64,000 nt of DNA from an uncultured virus (IMG/VR IMGVR_UViG_3300048609_000030) (lineage: Duplodnaviria; Heunggongvirae; Uroviricota; Caudoviricetes), in IMG/VR virus record IMGVR_UViG_3300048609_000030; one strand, given 5' to 3'. Of this stretch, positions 42,212 through 52,473 are shown in pieces. Positions within the stretch are counted from its first letter, which is position 1; every line of letters starts with the position of its first letter. The notes under the pieces are model-generated. The model was not told where the DNA came from and searched no databases. It saw nothing but the letters and a program-made list of their open reading frames with translations. Position numbers and translations under genes: made by a program.

Positions 42212-42815
42212 ACTCTGCAATGGTTGAAGAGCTGTACGTTCGCGTCTTGACCATGGACAGCAACGGCATGTGCTGCTTGTTGCATCAGGTCGACGCACGT
42301 GATCCTGTTGTTCTCGCCAAAGCGGCGCGGGATTGGGCGACCGAGACAGCCAAGTTGTTACAAGACAAGGAGCCACAACAGCAGAGACTATTCATAAGAT
42401 TGATCACCTTACCTACTACAGATCTGGAACACCGAATCGGGCGAGCTTGGTGGGACATCGGTGATCCCAGAGAACTACTTGTTGCGTACGTCGACAAGCT
42501 TAAAAGGAGTTAGAGTGAAAATGAAACTTCAGACTACACAAGAAGCTGTGCTAGTTGGTGTCGATTTTGACAATCGATCCATTCAAATTCGCCTTACCAA
42601 GGAGGAGATAGAACGGCAGAAGCAAGAAGTAACTGATACGGCAGAAGAGAGGGGACGTTTTCCAGGTAGCTTCTACCCGCCGTTTCCTATCGTCATGGTA
42701 GTAGCCGGTCACGGAAAGGAAGAAATGTCGCCAGCGCAGCTCCGCGAGTTGGGTGGACTGCTAGGCGCCAAGGTTCGCTACACAACTGTGATTGAGATCG
42801 ACAAACCGTAGTCTG

Positions 42816-43202
42816 TCAGGCGGGCCAACCTTCTTCGTCTTCGTAGGTGCTTGCAACATCGTCCTCGACGCGCTTCCAAGCAGCAGCCAACTTCTTTTTA
42901 GACAAAAACCAGTCGCTCTCGACAATGCCGTCTGTGCGCTCGAAGAGGATCACACCGACGTTGGTACGCAACTGTTCGAGTTCGGCAGCTGTAAGCCGAT
43001 CGTTTTGTTCGGCCGCCAGCTCTTGGGCGCGCGCAACAGCGCTCTTGTCCAGGCTGACGAGTCCGTACCAGCCACCACCTTCTTCGTAGCTGGCTTCCTC
43101 GTCTGCTCCACCGTCGAGAGTCATCTCATACACGTAGCCGTCGAGGATTGTGTAGAACTTGCCTGGGCCGTAGCTGCGAACATCATTCTCGTTGCGTGGC
43201 AT
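42816..43202 (-). CDS. Small acidic hypothetical protein
   Basis: AAGGAG RBS; D/E-rich. Confidence 0.65.
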   Translation of the reverse strand: MPRNENDVRSYGPGKFYTILDGYVYEMTLDGGADEEASYEEGGGWYGLVSLDKSAVARAQELAAEQNDRLTAAELEQLRTNVGVILFERTDGIVESDWFLSKKKLAAAWKRVEDDVASTYEDEEGWPA

Positions 43203-43213
43203 TGGGTGTCTCC

Positions 43214-43546
43214 TTAGTCGTCGTCGCCGACTTCTTCACGAGCGATGCGCTCTGCGGCGTACCAGACCATCAGGTTTTTGAAGCCGTCAAGGTTGTCGGC
43301 CATGTCTACACGGTTGAAACCTGCAACAAACGCTAACGTGTTTGCAGCTCCGTAATCCTGGGCATCCTCGTAGGCCATGTCCCAGATCTCTTCGCCGTAC
43401 TTGTCAAACAATTCGACGGTGTCCTTGGTCCACGTCAACCCTTGCCAACCGGTATCAGCGCCGTGATTAGCAAGGTCTCGCAGTTCGCCTTTGGTGAAGT
43501 TGTTCTTCATCCAAGCACGAAAACTCTTTGCACGTGGCTTTGCCAT
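43214..43546 (-). CDS. Small acidic phage protein
   Basis: AAAGGAG RBS; DLANHGADTGWQGL..DTVELFDKYGEEIW. Confidence 0.65.
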   Translation of the reverse strand: MAKPRAKSFRAWMKNNFTKGELRDLANHGADTGWQGLTWTKDTVELFDKYGEEIWDMAYEDAQDYGAANTLAFVAGFNRVDMADNLDGFKNLMVWYAAERIAREEVGDDD

Positions 43547-43822
43547 GATGTTCTCCTTTAGAACCAAAAACGTGATGGTGAGATACGTGGCCATCTTCCG
43601 CGAAGAACGGCTTTGACCTGCTTCTCAGCCCACTTGACACCTCTACCACCAGGTCCAAACGCGTATGCTTCAACACCGCGTGTGATGAAGTCAGCCTGGT
43701 TCAAAGACAGACAAGGAAACTGTTTGCGCAGCACGTAGTTGGTGGGTCGGTTGCGCATGACGAAATCGACAATTTGAGGAGCGTCTGTGGACACACATGA
43801 TGAGGATTCCGTCTTTTTCATC

Positions 43823-44251
43823 TTAGAGCCCCCAACGTTTTTCAAGCTCAGCAACGGTCATGGTTAGCGGGTACTGATCAAATTCGTGCCATCCGTAGTA
43901 CCCAGCTGCGTCCAACAGCGCCATAGCCCGGGCCTGAGCAGGTTTCAGCTGTGACAGTGTTGTGTAGTCTTCTACATCTTGTCCTGTCGAAGAGGCTACA
44001 TCGTTCCAGTCAACCCAGTCGTATTGACTCAGGAAGTCTTTTGCATCTTTCTCAAGAGACACACGATAAATGGCAACCTCGAAGTCTGGAATATCATCAG
44101 CGCTAGCTTGGCCGATTTCGTCTACAAAGACTTCGAGTCCGTCAAACCACTCGATCCACGGACCGCCCTCCCCTTTCGCAGAGAAAACGAAACCACCGCC
44201 GTAGTCTATAGGATTTACATCGCCAACCGATCCAATTTTCTTCATGCGCAT
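43823..44251 (-). CDS. Acidic hypothetical phage protein
   Basis: GDVNPIDYGG motif; D/E-rich. Confidence 0.65.
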   Translation of the reverse strand: MRMKKIGSVGDVNPIDYGGGFVFSAKGEGGPWIEWFDGLEVFVDEIGQASADDIPDFEVAIYRVSLEKDAKDFLSQYDWVDWNDVASSTGQDVEDYTTLSQLKPAQARAMALLDAAGYYGWHEFDQYPLTMTVAELEKRWGL

Positions 44252-44280
44252 GTTAACCTTCTTTCGACCTAGGTTCTACC

Positions 44281-44883
44281 CTATCGGACGAGAGATCTCG
44301 GCGACCACATTTCATCCGTTACGTAACCACCAACCTTACGGGCAGCAGCTTCTGCAGCAGTTTTGGAGACATATGTGGCAACTCTTCTTTGAGGCTTTCT
44401 CTTTCCCTCCACCCTGCGCCACACCACATAGTTGACCTCAGCTGCTTTGAGCTGTTTCTGTTTTGGTTTGCCGTACCCTTGGTACAACGCTACGGCTGTG
44501 GTCGTTACAGGCGCCAGGAAACCTAACGCACCCCAACCTGCCGCGGAGGCGCCATCTTCGTTGTTGCGTTTGTAGCCGTGAACGCCGTCGACGATGGCGA
44601 GTGGCAGACGCAACATTGAGTGGAGGGTGAGCACGATGAAGCCGACCGTCATCCACTTCAATTGTGTGTCTGTAAGGTTGACGTCTGGCACTTCGTTTTG
44701 CCCGAGGCCCATCGCACCTGAGATGCCGTAGCTCGGGCACGCACCTGGCAGATCAACCGTGACCGTCTCGAACTTGCCGGTGCCGAACGGCGGAGGCTGT
44801 GGGTAGAACTGCCAGTCCGGGATGATGCCGAGGCCGTTGAGTTGTTCAAGCATCGGGAAGCCTAGTAGTCTGTCACGCATCAT
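44281..44883 (-). CDS. Membrane protein, HGYxR paralog 1
   Basis: HGYKRN..AGWGALGFLAP..QGYGKPK. Confidence 0.75.
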   Translation of the reverse strand: MMRDRLLGFPMLEQLNGLGIIPDWQFYPQPPPFGTGKFETVTVDLPGACPSYGISGAMGLGQNEVPDVNLTDTQLKWMTVGFIVLTLHSMLRLPLAIVDGVHGYKRNNEDGASAAGWGALGFLAPVTTTAVALYQGYGKPKQKQLKAAEVNYVVWRRVEGKRKPQRRVATYVSKTAAEAAARKVGGYVTDEMWSPRSLVR

Positions 44884-45202
44884 CGTCTCCTTGGGAGTCT
44901 TTAGGCTGGCTGTAGCCTTGAACAACACTAGCAATTGGCGTTAATACGGGAAAGAGAAAACCGAGTGCGGCCCAACCGGCGGTAGCACCCCAATTGCCGT
45001 CGTGGCGGTAGTAGCCGTGGATGCCCGCTACAACAGCACCGAGAGGCCGAAGGAACTGCATCAGGAGGACTGCTTTACCGATAGCAGTACGTTCGAGTTG
45101 GCTAAGCAGATCTTCGGCAGAGCTTCCCAGACGGTACTGTTCTAGTCCCATCATGCAAGTCCCACAAGGGAACCCGAGACCGCTAGTGTTGACAGTCAGC
45201 AT
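44873..45202 (-). CDS. Membrane protein, HGYxR paralog 2
   Basis: HGYYRH..AGWAALGFLFP..QGYSQPK. Confidence 0.75.
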   Translation of the reverse strand: MLTVNTSGLGFPCGTCMMGLEQYRLGSSAEDLLSQLERTAIGKAVLLMQFLRPLGAVVAGIHGYYRHDGNWGATAGWAALGFLFPVLTPIASVVQGYSQPKDSQGDDDA

Positions 45203-45203
45203 G

Positions 45204-45584
45204 TTACGCTTTTGGCTTTCCGAAACCTTGAGCTAAGGCGATCGCGGGGGTTAAGATAGGCGCCAACCCTCCAAGAAGACCCCATACAATAGCCCAACCT
45301 ACACTATCGTTGCGCTTGTATCCGTGATACGCGCTCGCGGCCACAGACAAAGTTGCTGCGATTCCCCATACGGTTGGCCAGATTGACGTTGTTGGTTGGC
45401 CGAACTGGTTGAGTCCCATGAAGTCGATTGGTGGCTGACCAATGGTGCCGTCGCCGCCCATCGTCCAAGACGAACCGAGTGTTCCGTCTCCACCCATTGT
45501 GTGGGAAGATCCAAGAGTTCCGTCTCCACCCATCGTGTGTGAAGAACCTAGCCCGTTTCCTACATTCTGCGATAGTAGCATCAT
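45204..45584 (-). CDS. Membrane protein, HGYxR paralog 3, with 3x LGSS(H/W)TMGGDGT repeat
   Basis: HGYKRNDSVGWAIVWGLLGGLAP..QGFGKPK; 36-bp tandem repeat at 45444-45551. Confidence 0.75.
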   Translation of the reverse strand: MMLLSQNVGNGLGSSHTMGGDGTLGSSHTMGGDGTLGSSWTMGGDGTIGQPPIDFMGLNQFGQPTTSIWPTVWGIAATLSVAASAYHGYKRNDSVGWAIVWGLLGGLAPILTPAIALAQGFGKPKA

Positions 45585-45801
45585 TGGTCTCTCCTACAGC
45601 CAAGTTGGCGTTGTACTTCATAGAGTCTACCGTCTAGTGCTTCTAGATCGGCGCGAATGGTACGTTCCTTGACAGGTTCGATGGGCAGCCCGTCGAGGTC
45701 TTTAAAGACGCGGTCGATGTGATCACGTGCCTTTTTAACCATCGTGCACTCTTTGGTTGAAAGCTGTCGATAACCGTACTTGATGTTGGCCACGGTAACT
45801 C

Positions 45802-46518
45802 CTAAGCTGCGAAGTCTTGTTTTCGTACGTAGGGAGCTTCGTAACCGAAGCGTTCACCTGGGAGTGTGGTATCAACGACAACCCATTTTGTGGGGTTCAT
45901 CTTAGGTAGCCCAGCAACGGGATAGATGTGTGAGAAGTCTTCACCTTTCTTACTAGACGTGACGCGAAACTTGGTAGGGATTCCATTCAGTGAGAGTAGT
46001 GTAGCTGCGAGAATACTTTGATCGTCGCAGTCGCCTCCGCCAAACTCCCAGGTTCGATACGCGCTTTGGAACAGATCAATACCTTCCATTGGACCATCGT
46101 GGCCCATGCGCAATGGGGCAACGTCCCCAGTATATCTAATGTTTTTCTTGATAGCGTCGTAGACCGCACGTGTTTCACACATGTCGTCGCGGTCCGGGCA
46201 ATGCTTAGTAATCCCGAGCGCCAATTTTCGACTTCGCGGATCATGGACCGATTCCCAGGTCATATCCTGTAAGATATTCAATCGCTCCTCGATCGGCATG
46301 TTCTTACTGCGATAGTGCGTAAGTGTCATACCACCACGTTGCGTGGGTGGTTCAACCACTTGAGCACGTCCCAGCCCGCCTTGTCGTTGACGGAAAAACA
46401 TGATCACACCTGTGATCAACGCTAGGCTACCTCCGACTATGAGCCCGACAGCAACCTTGTTGCCTGCCTTGTCGAGGCCCATAATATCAGTGCTTTCATG
46501 AGGTCCAAGCAACTTCAT
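45802..46518 (-). CDS. Membrane-anchored transglutaminase-like cysteine protease
   Basis: IRYTGD, GDCDD (Cys), SHIYP (His), VDTT (Asp); N-terminal TM. Confidence 0.85.
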   Translation of the reverse strand: MKLLGPHESTDIMGLDKAGNKVAVGLIVGGSLALITGVIMFFRQRQGGLGRAQVVEPPTQRGGMTLTHYRSKNMPIEERLNILQDMTWESVHDPRSRKLALGITKHCPDRDDMCETRAVYDAIKKNIRYTGDVAPLRMGHDGPMEGIDLFQSAYRTWEFGGGDCDDQSILAATLLSLNGIPTKFRVTSSKKGEDFSHIYPVAGLPKMNPTKWVVVDTTLPGERFGYEAPYVRKQDFAA

Positions 46519-46613
46519 GTCTCCAAACCTATCACAGTTTGACAACCCTTGGCACAACGCTTTAGGTTAGTATAGATTGATCGTAGTAACGATCAAAACA
46601 ACCGGAGGACCCG

Positions 46614-47216
46614 ATGCTTCAAGCAACTATCCGTGATTCACGCGGCCGTGTAGCTCTGCTAGGCGGTCTAGGCTTTTCCAACACAGGCGTGGTGCAAAGC
46701 TCTGGCGAAGCTATGAGTAGCGGCCGGAACGCTGCTGCGGGCGGAATCGTCGACACAGCCAACGCTACGGCTGCTGATGTTGCACACAACAAAGGAATGC
46801 CGGTGGCAGCACGCGGTGCTGGTGAGACGGCATGCAACATCTTCCACAGCTCGTCTGTCGAGGCCGGTACCGCGCTCGCGACCGAGACACCAAGCCAGTA
46901 CACACAAGGTGCGGCAGCTGCCGCTGCACGGGGTACGAGCTTCTGCAGTCAGGTACGGCCACCACATCCGTCACAGCCGTGGGCACATGCTGCGAGCTTT
47001 GTATCGCCGTGGGCGGCGCCTGCGGTAGCTGCACGCTATCAACGGCAGTACAATCCCTTCACTGTATATACCTCGGATAGCCCTTATCTGACAACGCAAG
47101 GCTTTGGCGCTACCGACGACCCGATCTGGAAGAAGTGGTGGTTCTGGACTGCTCTTGGTGGGACTGCGCTTGCTGCTGCAGGCACTGCGACCTACTTCGT
47201 GCGCAAATCACGTTAG
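46614..47216 (+). CDS. Putative virion membrane protein
   Basis: GGAGG RBS; GGLGF; C-terminal PIWKKWWFW-TM-basic tail. Confidence 0.7.
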   Translation: MLQATIRDSRGRVALLGGLGFSNTGVVQSSGEAMSSGRNAAAGGIVDTANATAADVAHNKGMPVAARGAGETACNIFHSSSVEAGTALATETPSQYTQGAAAAAARGTSFCSQVRPPHPSQPWAHAASFVSPWAAPAVAARYQRQYNPFTVYTSDSPYLTTQGFGATDDPIWKKWWFWTALGGTALAAAGTATYFVRKSR

Positions 47217-47228
47217 AAAGGAACTACC

Positions 47229-47519
47229 GTGGCTCAAATCTACGCAACCGTTTGCGGGCTTCGTGTTCCCGTAACCCAGAAGCCCACAGGGTATGGCGTT
47301 GGTTATGAGTACGATGTAGGCCACACCTCACGTGATATCGGAACATACGCCGAGGTCGAAAAGAAAACCGCGAAAAAGCTTGCCCAAACATTCTCTACAA
47401 CACCGCCTAGACCAGGACACGAGGTGCAACTTTGTGAAAAGGTTTGGTTAGTTCGACATCGTTCAGGTCGATTCGAGATTGACCGTCGTGCCTCTGGCGG
47501 TCTCAAAGGCCGTCGTTGA
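47229..47519 (+). CDS. Small basic protein, tandem paralog A
   Basis: AQIYATVCGLRV...RFEIDRRASGGLKG; AGAAAGGA RBS. Confidence 0.75.
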   Translation: MAQIYATVCGLRVPVTQKPTGYGVGYEYDVGHTSRDIGTYAEVEKKTAKKLAQTFSTTPPRPGHEVQLCEKVWLVRHRSGRFEIDRRASGGLKGRR

Positions 47520-47533
47520 TAGAAAGGATCGTT

Positions 47534-47824
47534 GTGGCTCAAATCTATGCAACCGTTTGCGGGCTTCGTGTTCTTGTGAAGAATCCTACGCGCTACGGAG
47601 GCGGCAATATCTACTCTGGCGCGGTGGACATTGGGACGCACGCCGAGATTGGGAAGAAGACGGCGACAAAGCTTGCACAAGCTTTTTCTGCGACGGGTAA
47701 GGCCAGGCCTCCTAGACCAGGATTTGAGGCGCAGCTTTGCGACAAGGTTTGGCTGATCAATCGTGGAGGCCGCTTCGAGGTTGACCGACGTGCTTCTGGC
47801 GGTCTTAGAGGTAGAGGTCGATGA
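47534..47824 (+). CDS. Small basic protein, tandem paralog B
   Basis: AQIYATVCGLRV...RFEVDRRASGGLRG; AGAAAGGA RBS, GTG start. Confidence 0.75.
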   Translation: MAQIYATVCGLRVLVKNPTRYGGGNIYSGAVDIGTHAEIGKKTATKLAQAFSATGKARPPRPGFEAQLCDKVWLINRGGRFEVDRRASGGLRGRGR

Positions 47825-47990
47825 TGCGTAGGCTCGGTGAGGAAACAGCCCAAAGTGCTATCGGCCCGAAAACCAGAAACACGATTCTAATCCTCGGGTT
47901 TGGACTATCAGCAGCGCTGCTTCTAGTGACCGTTTATCCGCGACAACAATAATAGATCGTAGCTACGATCTCGTGCTAGTTTGGGTAGTG

Positions 47991-48659
47991 ATGATTACCT
48001 TCACACGAAGTGTGGGAACGAGTCCAGGCACCACCACGTTGGTGCTTGAAAACCAACAGTCAAATGGGCTCGGCATCCAGCAATGCTGGCCTGTTCCTGG
48101 GCCTATTCACCTTCCACAGCCGACGGCCAGGCCTCAGATACCCGAAGCTGGTCCACGGGTTGTCTACGATCCGTACGGGTCGACGGCGGAGCTGAACAAC
48201 GGGCTTGGGTTTGTGCTTTCTCCGTGGGAGGTCAACCGGACGTTGCCTGGTGGACCACCCTACGAAAAGCCTTTTGATCCCTTCTACACCACACGTGGTG
48301 AACAGGGCTGGTACTACGATACGCAGTTTGGAGAGATTCCAACCGACGCAGAGTACGCCAAGAACATCTGTTACACACCGGTCAAGTCGGGCTGGATCTA
48401 CGATCAGAAGCGCGGCTACGTTCCACCACCGTGGGTTCCACCGGATGGGTGGCAACCGACAGCTCCACAGTATGGACCGCCGACGTCACTACACGGCGCT
48501 GAACTAGGGCTACAGCAAGCAGCGGGTACTTTGGGAGATGTTGCTGAAGAGCTTGCGAAACACCAGCGGCGGCAGTTCTATCTGTCCATCGTATCGACGG
48601 CCGCAATCGCCAGCGTTGCATTGGTGACAATCATTCAAGCGCTGCGGAGCAAGGACTGA
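47991..48659 (+). CDS. Pro/aromatic-rich protein with C-terminal TM (start approximate)
   Basis: NGLG twice; TM before the stop. Confidence 0.65.
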   Translation: MITFTRSVGTSPGTTTLVLENQQSNGLGIQQCWPVPGPIHLPQPTARPQIPEAGPRVVYDPYGSTAELNNGLGFVLSPWEVNRTLPGGPPYEKPFDPFYTTRGEQGWYYDTQFGEIPTDAEYAKNICYTPVKSGWIYDQKRGYVPPPWVPPDGWQPTAPQYGPPTSLHGAELGLQQAAGTLGDVAEELAKHQRRQFYLSIVSTAAIASVALVTIIQALRSKD

Positions 48660-48665
48660 TCTACA

Positions 48666-49262
48666 ATGATGACAATGTATCTCATTGGACAGTCAAACGA
48701 TCAAGAAGCGCCTCTTGATATGGTCAATATCGAAAGTGCGATGGCTGTCATCAACAACATGATCAAGCGGCTCAACGCGGCTGCAAATGGTGGTTGGGGT
48801 AAGTATCCGGTCATCCCACAAACGGTTTCAACACCAGAAGAACGCGTTGTCGGAAGTGATGACGACAGGCTGTTTGTCGTCGCGTGGCCGGTAGAAGAAT
48901 ACAGTAGCTGGGTTACTGCATGGGAGTATCTCGCAGGACGCGTCCTACAACGGCTGGGAAGCTCGCTCGCTTTCCCGTTGGGACAAGGAACCTACGCAGC
49001 TACCCTCTATGAGATGGCACAGGACGTAGGAATGAGCGCGCAAGTAGCGCTGACTAGCCTACGAGGCTACAAGACGGTCGACGACGGCCTCGACGCGGCT
49101 ATACAGCTTTCGATTGAATTGAAACGAAAGATTCAACCGGAGACGCCGAAGGAAAAACCGTCAAAGTCGTTCTGGTCAGCAGGTGTGGTAGTGAGCCTCG
49201 TTGTTGCTGTGGCAGCAGGTGTAGGAATCGTCTATCACTTGCGAACAAAAGGAGCCGCGTGA
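48666..49262 (+). CDS. Hypothetical protein with C-terminal TM
   Basis: AGVVVSLVVAVAAGVGIVY. Confidence 0.65.
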   Translation: MMTMYLIGQSNDQEAPLDMVNIESAMAVINNMIKRLNAAANGGWGKYPVIPQTVSTPEERVVGSDDDRLFVVAWPVEEYSSWVTAWEYLAGRVLQRLGSSLAFPLGQGTYAATLYEMAQDVGMSAQVALTSLRGYKTVDDGLDAAIQLSIELKRKIQPETPKEKPSKSFWSAGVVVSLVVAVAAGVGIVYHLRTKGAA

Positions 49263-49292
49263 GACGTGCGCTGAAGCGTTGAGTGACAGTTC

Positions 49293-49751
49293 ATGAATCA
49301 AGGTGTGCCAGAGAATGCTAGTCGAGTAGTATCTGGGTTGTACCAGGGTGGACGACCGCAACCAGGACAGCTCGCATTCGACGTTCTGGTGTTGATGGCC
49401 AAAGAGTATCAGCCAACTGCTGCCAACTTCCCCGGCGTCAAACACATACTGTACGCACCAATCGAGGATGATTTCTCGTACGCGTCTCCTGCGGAGAAGG
49501 TAGCAATCAAGCAAGCTGCTACTTTTGTTGCTCAAGCTCTTCGTGCCAAGCAACGGGTGCTTGTCACCTGCAACATGGGACTCAACCGCTCAGGTGTAGT
49601 AAGTGCGTTAGCTATTTGTAGGAACAACCCAAAGCTACCTGCTGATGTTGCAATTCGTCTTGTGCGTGAAGCACGTGGACCACAAGCGCTTACCAACCCT
49701 GTGTTTGAGAAGTTGGTCAAGGAAAGCAAGGTGAGTCATGGCGCTCAATGA
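49293..49751 (+). CDS. Dual-specificity/PTP-family phosphatase
   Basis: VLVTCNMGLNRSG (CX5R), PIEDD acid loop, AIRLVREARGP.AL.N..F. Confidence 0.9.
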   Translation: MNQGVPENASRVVSGLYQGGRPQPGQLAFDVLVLMAKEYQPTAANFPGVKHILYAPIEDDFSYASPAEKVAIKQAATFVAQALRAKQRVLVTCNMGLNRSGVVSALAICRNNPKLPADVAIRLVREARGPQALTNPVFEKLVKESKVSHGAQ

Positions 49752-50160
49752 AACAATAGCACGCGTCACACGCAATTCGATCTCGTTCTCGATCGTGCAG
49801 GATGGTGGAGCTGGGACCACCATGACGTTGGCAAATAGTGATTTCGTCGGTAATCTGTCTGGGTATGGTCTAGGTGGACCATTGCTCAATTTGTTACAGA
49901 CGAACTTCGCGCCGAACAGTCAAGCTATTCAACGTGCGGTGCTTCTTGGTGATGCAAGCGGTCTCGCTGCTGCGGCACGGGATCTATCCAACTTTCCACA
50001 CTGCAATCTGATCCTCACCAACATGACAGTTGCTGGGTGGCGTGTGGACGCAGATGTAGATGCTGTGTCGTTGGGACGCGGCGAGTTGAACATTACGGGT
50101 CCAGCCGGTGCCGGTCGGACGCTTGTTACGTTAGAGTTCCGCCACAGCTACAACAGATAA
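49738..50160 (+). CDS. Beta-rich hypothetical protein, possibly structural
   Basis: 140 aa, Gly/Ala/Thr-rich. Confidence 0.6.
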   Translation: MALNETIARVTRNSISFSIVQDGGAGTTMTLANSDFVGNLSGYGLGGPLLNLLQTNFAPNSQAIQRAVLLGDASGLAAAARDLSNFPHCNLILTNMTVAGWRVDADVDAVSLGRGELNITGPAGAGRTLVTLEFRHSYNR

Positions 50161-50477
50161 ACGAGCCGCCCAACTACAACTGTTATCGTTTACAGGCTGG
50201 AGCGGGACTCAACAACGGCAACCATTTCTTCAGGCGTAGATCTTCCAGGTCACGAGCTGCGCGACTTTTGGTGTACCCACCACGTAGAGCATAGAAGATT
50301 GCCTGTGGTTGTGGCGTGCGTGGAAAACAGGCTGAGATGATGTAATACTGCCCGGTCTTGACCATAAAACCGCCGTTTTTAGCCCACATCTTCCTCGCTT
50401 CACAATAGTTTCGTGTCTTGAACAGTTTTCTAGTAAAAGGGCATCTATGCATCGTCATGTCTCCGATTGCGTACTGT

Positions 50478-50612
50478 CTAATGCTTACGCAGCTGCTCTG
50501 ACATGCACTCGCGGAATTTGACGTGCGGAACACGGCACGCCTTCACAGCGGCCTGGAAGCGCTTCTGTTGTGGAGTAAGCTTACGGTTGGTCTTTTTCTT
50601 TGTCTTTGCCAT
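50478..50612 (-). CDS. Very small basic protein (44 aa)
   Basis: MAKTKKKTNRKLTPQQKRFQAAVKAC...; a -10-like box ends 6 nt upstream. Confidence 0.5.
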   Translation of the reverse strand: MAKTKKKTNRKLTPQQKRFQAAVKACRVPHVKFRECMSEQLRKH

Positions 50613-50907
50613 GTTGACAACCTATCAAAACGCGTTCTGGTCGTCTAGCGGATTATCAGTCGCCGAATACTAGGTCAACAAGGCGCCACGCAAACAAGGC
50701 GCCGACGATCAACACACTACCGATGCCGACGTAGTAGACCGCCCGTCCCGCGTTGAGCATCGAATCGACGCTTGGTAGATCGATGCCTAGTTCACCGAGT
50801 TGTGGCTGACGTCTATGGTAGACCGTCGGGCAGGCCACTGGAGTGGCTGTAAGCATAGATATTTAATACCATTGATCACAGCTACGATCTACTGCTAGTT
50901 TAAAGAC

Positions 50908-51297
50908 ATGTCGAAAAAAGCCTCACGGTCATTGGGCGAACCTGATGACGTACATGTTGCCGCAGCTCAACACGCAATCGCTGAAGCCTGGAACGATCTA
51001 GAGCGTATGCCACCAACATGCTATGGCGGCATCCGAATGGCGTCTCGTGCGTTGGCGAACGCTGAAAAAGGACTGGCGCACGCTTGGGCTATCAGCTACG
51101 GCGCTCGTGCACAACACAACGAGCTGTTTGGGTTGGGCAATAAGGCCACGAAGGCAGCCTGGGACACAATCCAGTTCTTCGGAAGTGTTTGCGAGGCACC
51201 CAATCGTGCCGCCGCCGATCGTCCGCTGTTCTCTCGCGTAAAGTACAAAAAAGAGTTGGAAGCTCGTGAGAAGAAGACGAAGCGAGGCCGTCGATGA
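50908..51297 (+). CDS. Hypothetical protein
   Basis: Promoter-like TTGATC-18-TAGTTT upstream; basic termini. Confidence 0.65.
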   Translation: MSKKASRSLGEPDDVHVAAAQHAIAEAWNDLERMPPTCYGGIRMASRALANAEKGLAHAWAISYGARAQHNELFGLGNKATKAAWDTIQFFGSVCEAPNRAAADRPLFSRVKYKKELEAREKKTKRGRR

Positions 51298-51683
51298 GCT
51301 ACGTCAGTAGACAACTAGCAAAGGACGCGGCTGAGGGTGAGCCTAAGCTACCGACCTACAAGACCGTAGCAGAGGTCTTGGAGAGAAAGAACGGGTCGGG
51401 CATCCGATTGGTAGGATGGACGGTAGCCCGTACCTTCCTGATTATGCCTGGCGTGCTCGCTGTTGGTGTTGATCCCAAAAAGGCGTTTGTTGGGTCGTTG
51501 ATCTCATCGAGTCTAATCAGTGTGCTGACACTGGTGCGTATCTACAATGCGGGCTTCGAGGAAGACGCAGAGCGGTGGGCACAGATGAAACGTGCGCAGC
51601 GGCTTGAGCGTTGGGAGACAAACAAAAAGCAGCTTGAAGGCCGTGTTGCACGTCGTGCACAACGGAGGCGCCGGAAGCCTTAG
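51294..51683 (+). CDS. Membrane protein with basic tail
   Basis: ATGA overlap; two hydrophobic segments. Confidence 0.6.
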   Translation: MSYVSRQLAKDAAEGEPKLPTYKTVAEVLERKNGSGIRLVGWTVARTFLIMPGVLAVGVDPKKAFVGSLISSSLISVLTLVRIYNAGFEEDAERWAQMKRAQRLERWETNKKQLEGRVARRAQRRRRKP

Positions 51684-52473
51684 ACCTGCTCAAAGAGGAC
51701 ATTATGAAAAAGAGAAAGTTCATACGGCGTAAACCGTCCCGCTACATAAATCAGGAGACTTGCGTGCGTGTGGGACAGCATTTGTTGAAGGTCGCAGCCA
51801 AAGAGGAAGGATTACAGAAGGTTTTAAGACAAGCAAAAGTAGCATTGGATCATCAGATCAAAAGAGCGTGCGAAGAGGATCCTCTTCGGATATCTAGAGC
51901 TGATGCTGCTTGCGCGCTTAAATCGAAAACACGTGCTGCAATTGAGATGTGTGCTCCTGACATCTCTCGTTGGGTGCATTAACTATGGCTAAAATCAAAG
52001 GAACATTCTGTGAAGAGAAGCTCGCATCGAAGAGTGCCTTCGACAAGCGAAGCTTTCGGTGGAAGAAATCGGGTCGGGCCTGGCTACTGGTAGGTTGCAA
52101 AAAGGGCGCTTGGAACGCCCGACGCGATCAATGCAGCGTAGGCACACAGGCGTATGTGATTCTTCGTCCGGCACACAACGCACGTTGTCCTGTTGGTACA
52201 CATCGTTTGACCAAAGGCTAGCTATGCTTGTATTGGAAAGCCCTCGACTACTTAACACACCAGCTGCCTTCGACCCAGCGGCTATGAGCGCAGCTATAGG
52301 ACTAGCACCAAACTCTTGGTCGACGTTGGGTGGTCCCGATGTTACTGCTTTCCTCAAAGAGCAGAATATTGTAGTCGCTGTAGTGTTGGTGTTAGGGATG
52401 TCGCTGACCATTGGAGCAGCGCTTGGAACAGCTGCTGTTTGGGCCATCCAACGTGCGCGTGGTGAGGAAAAAC

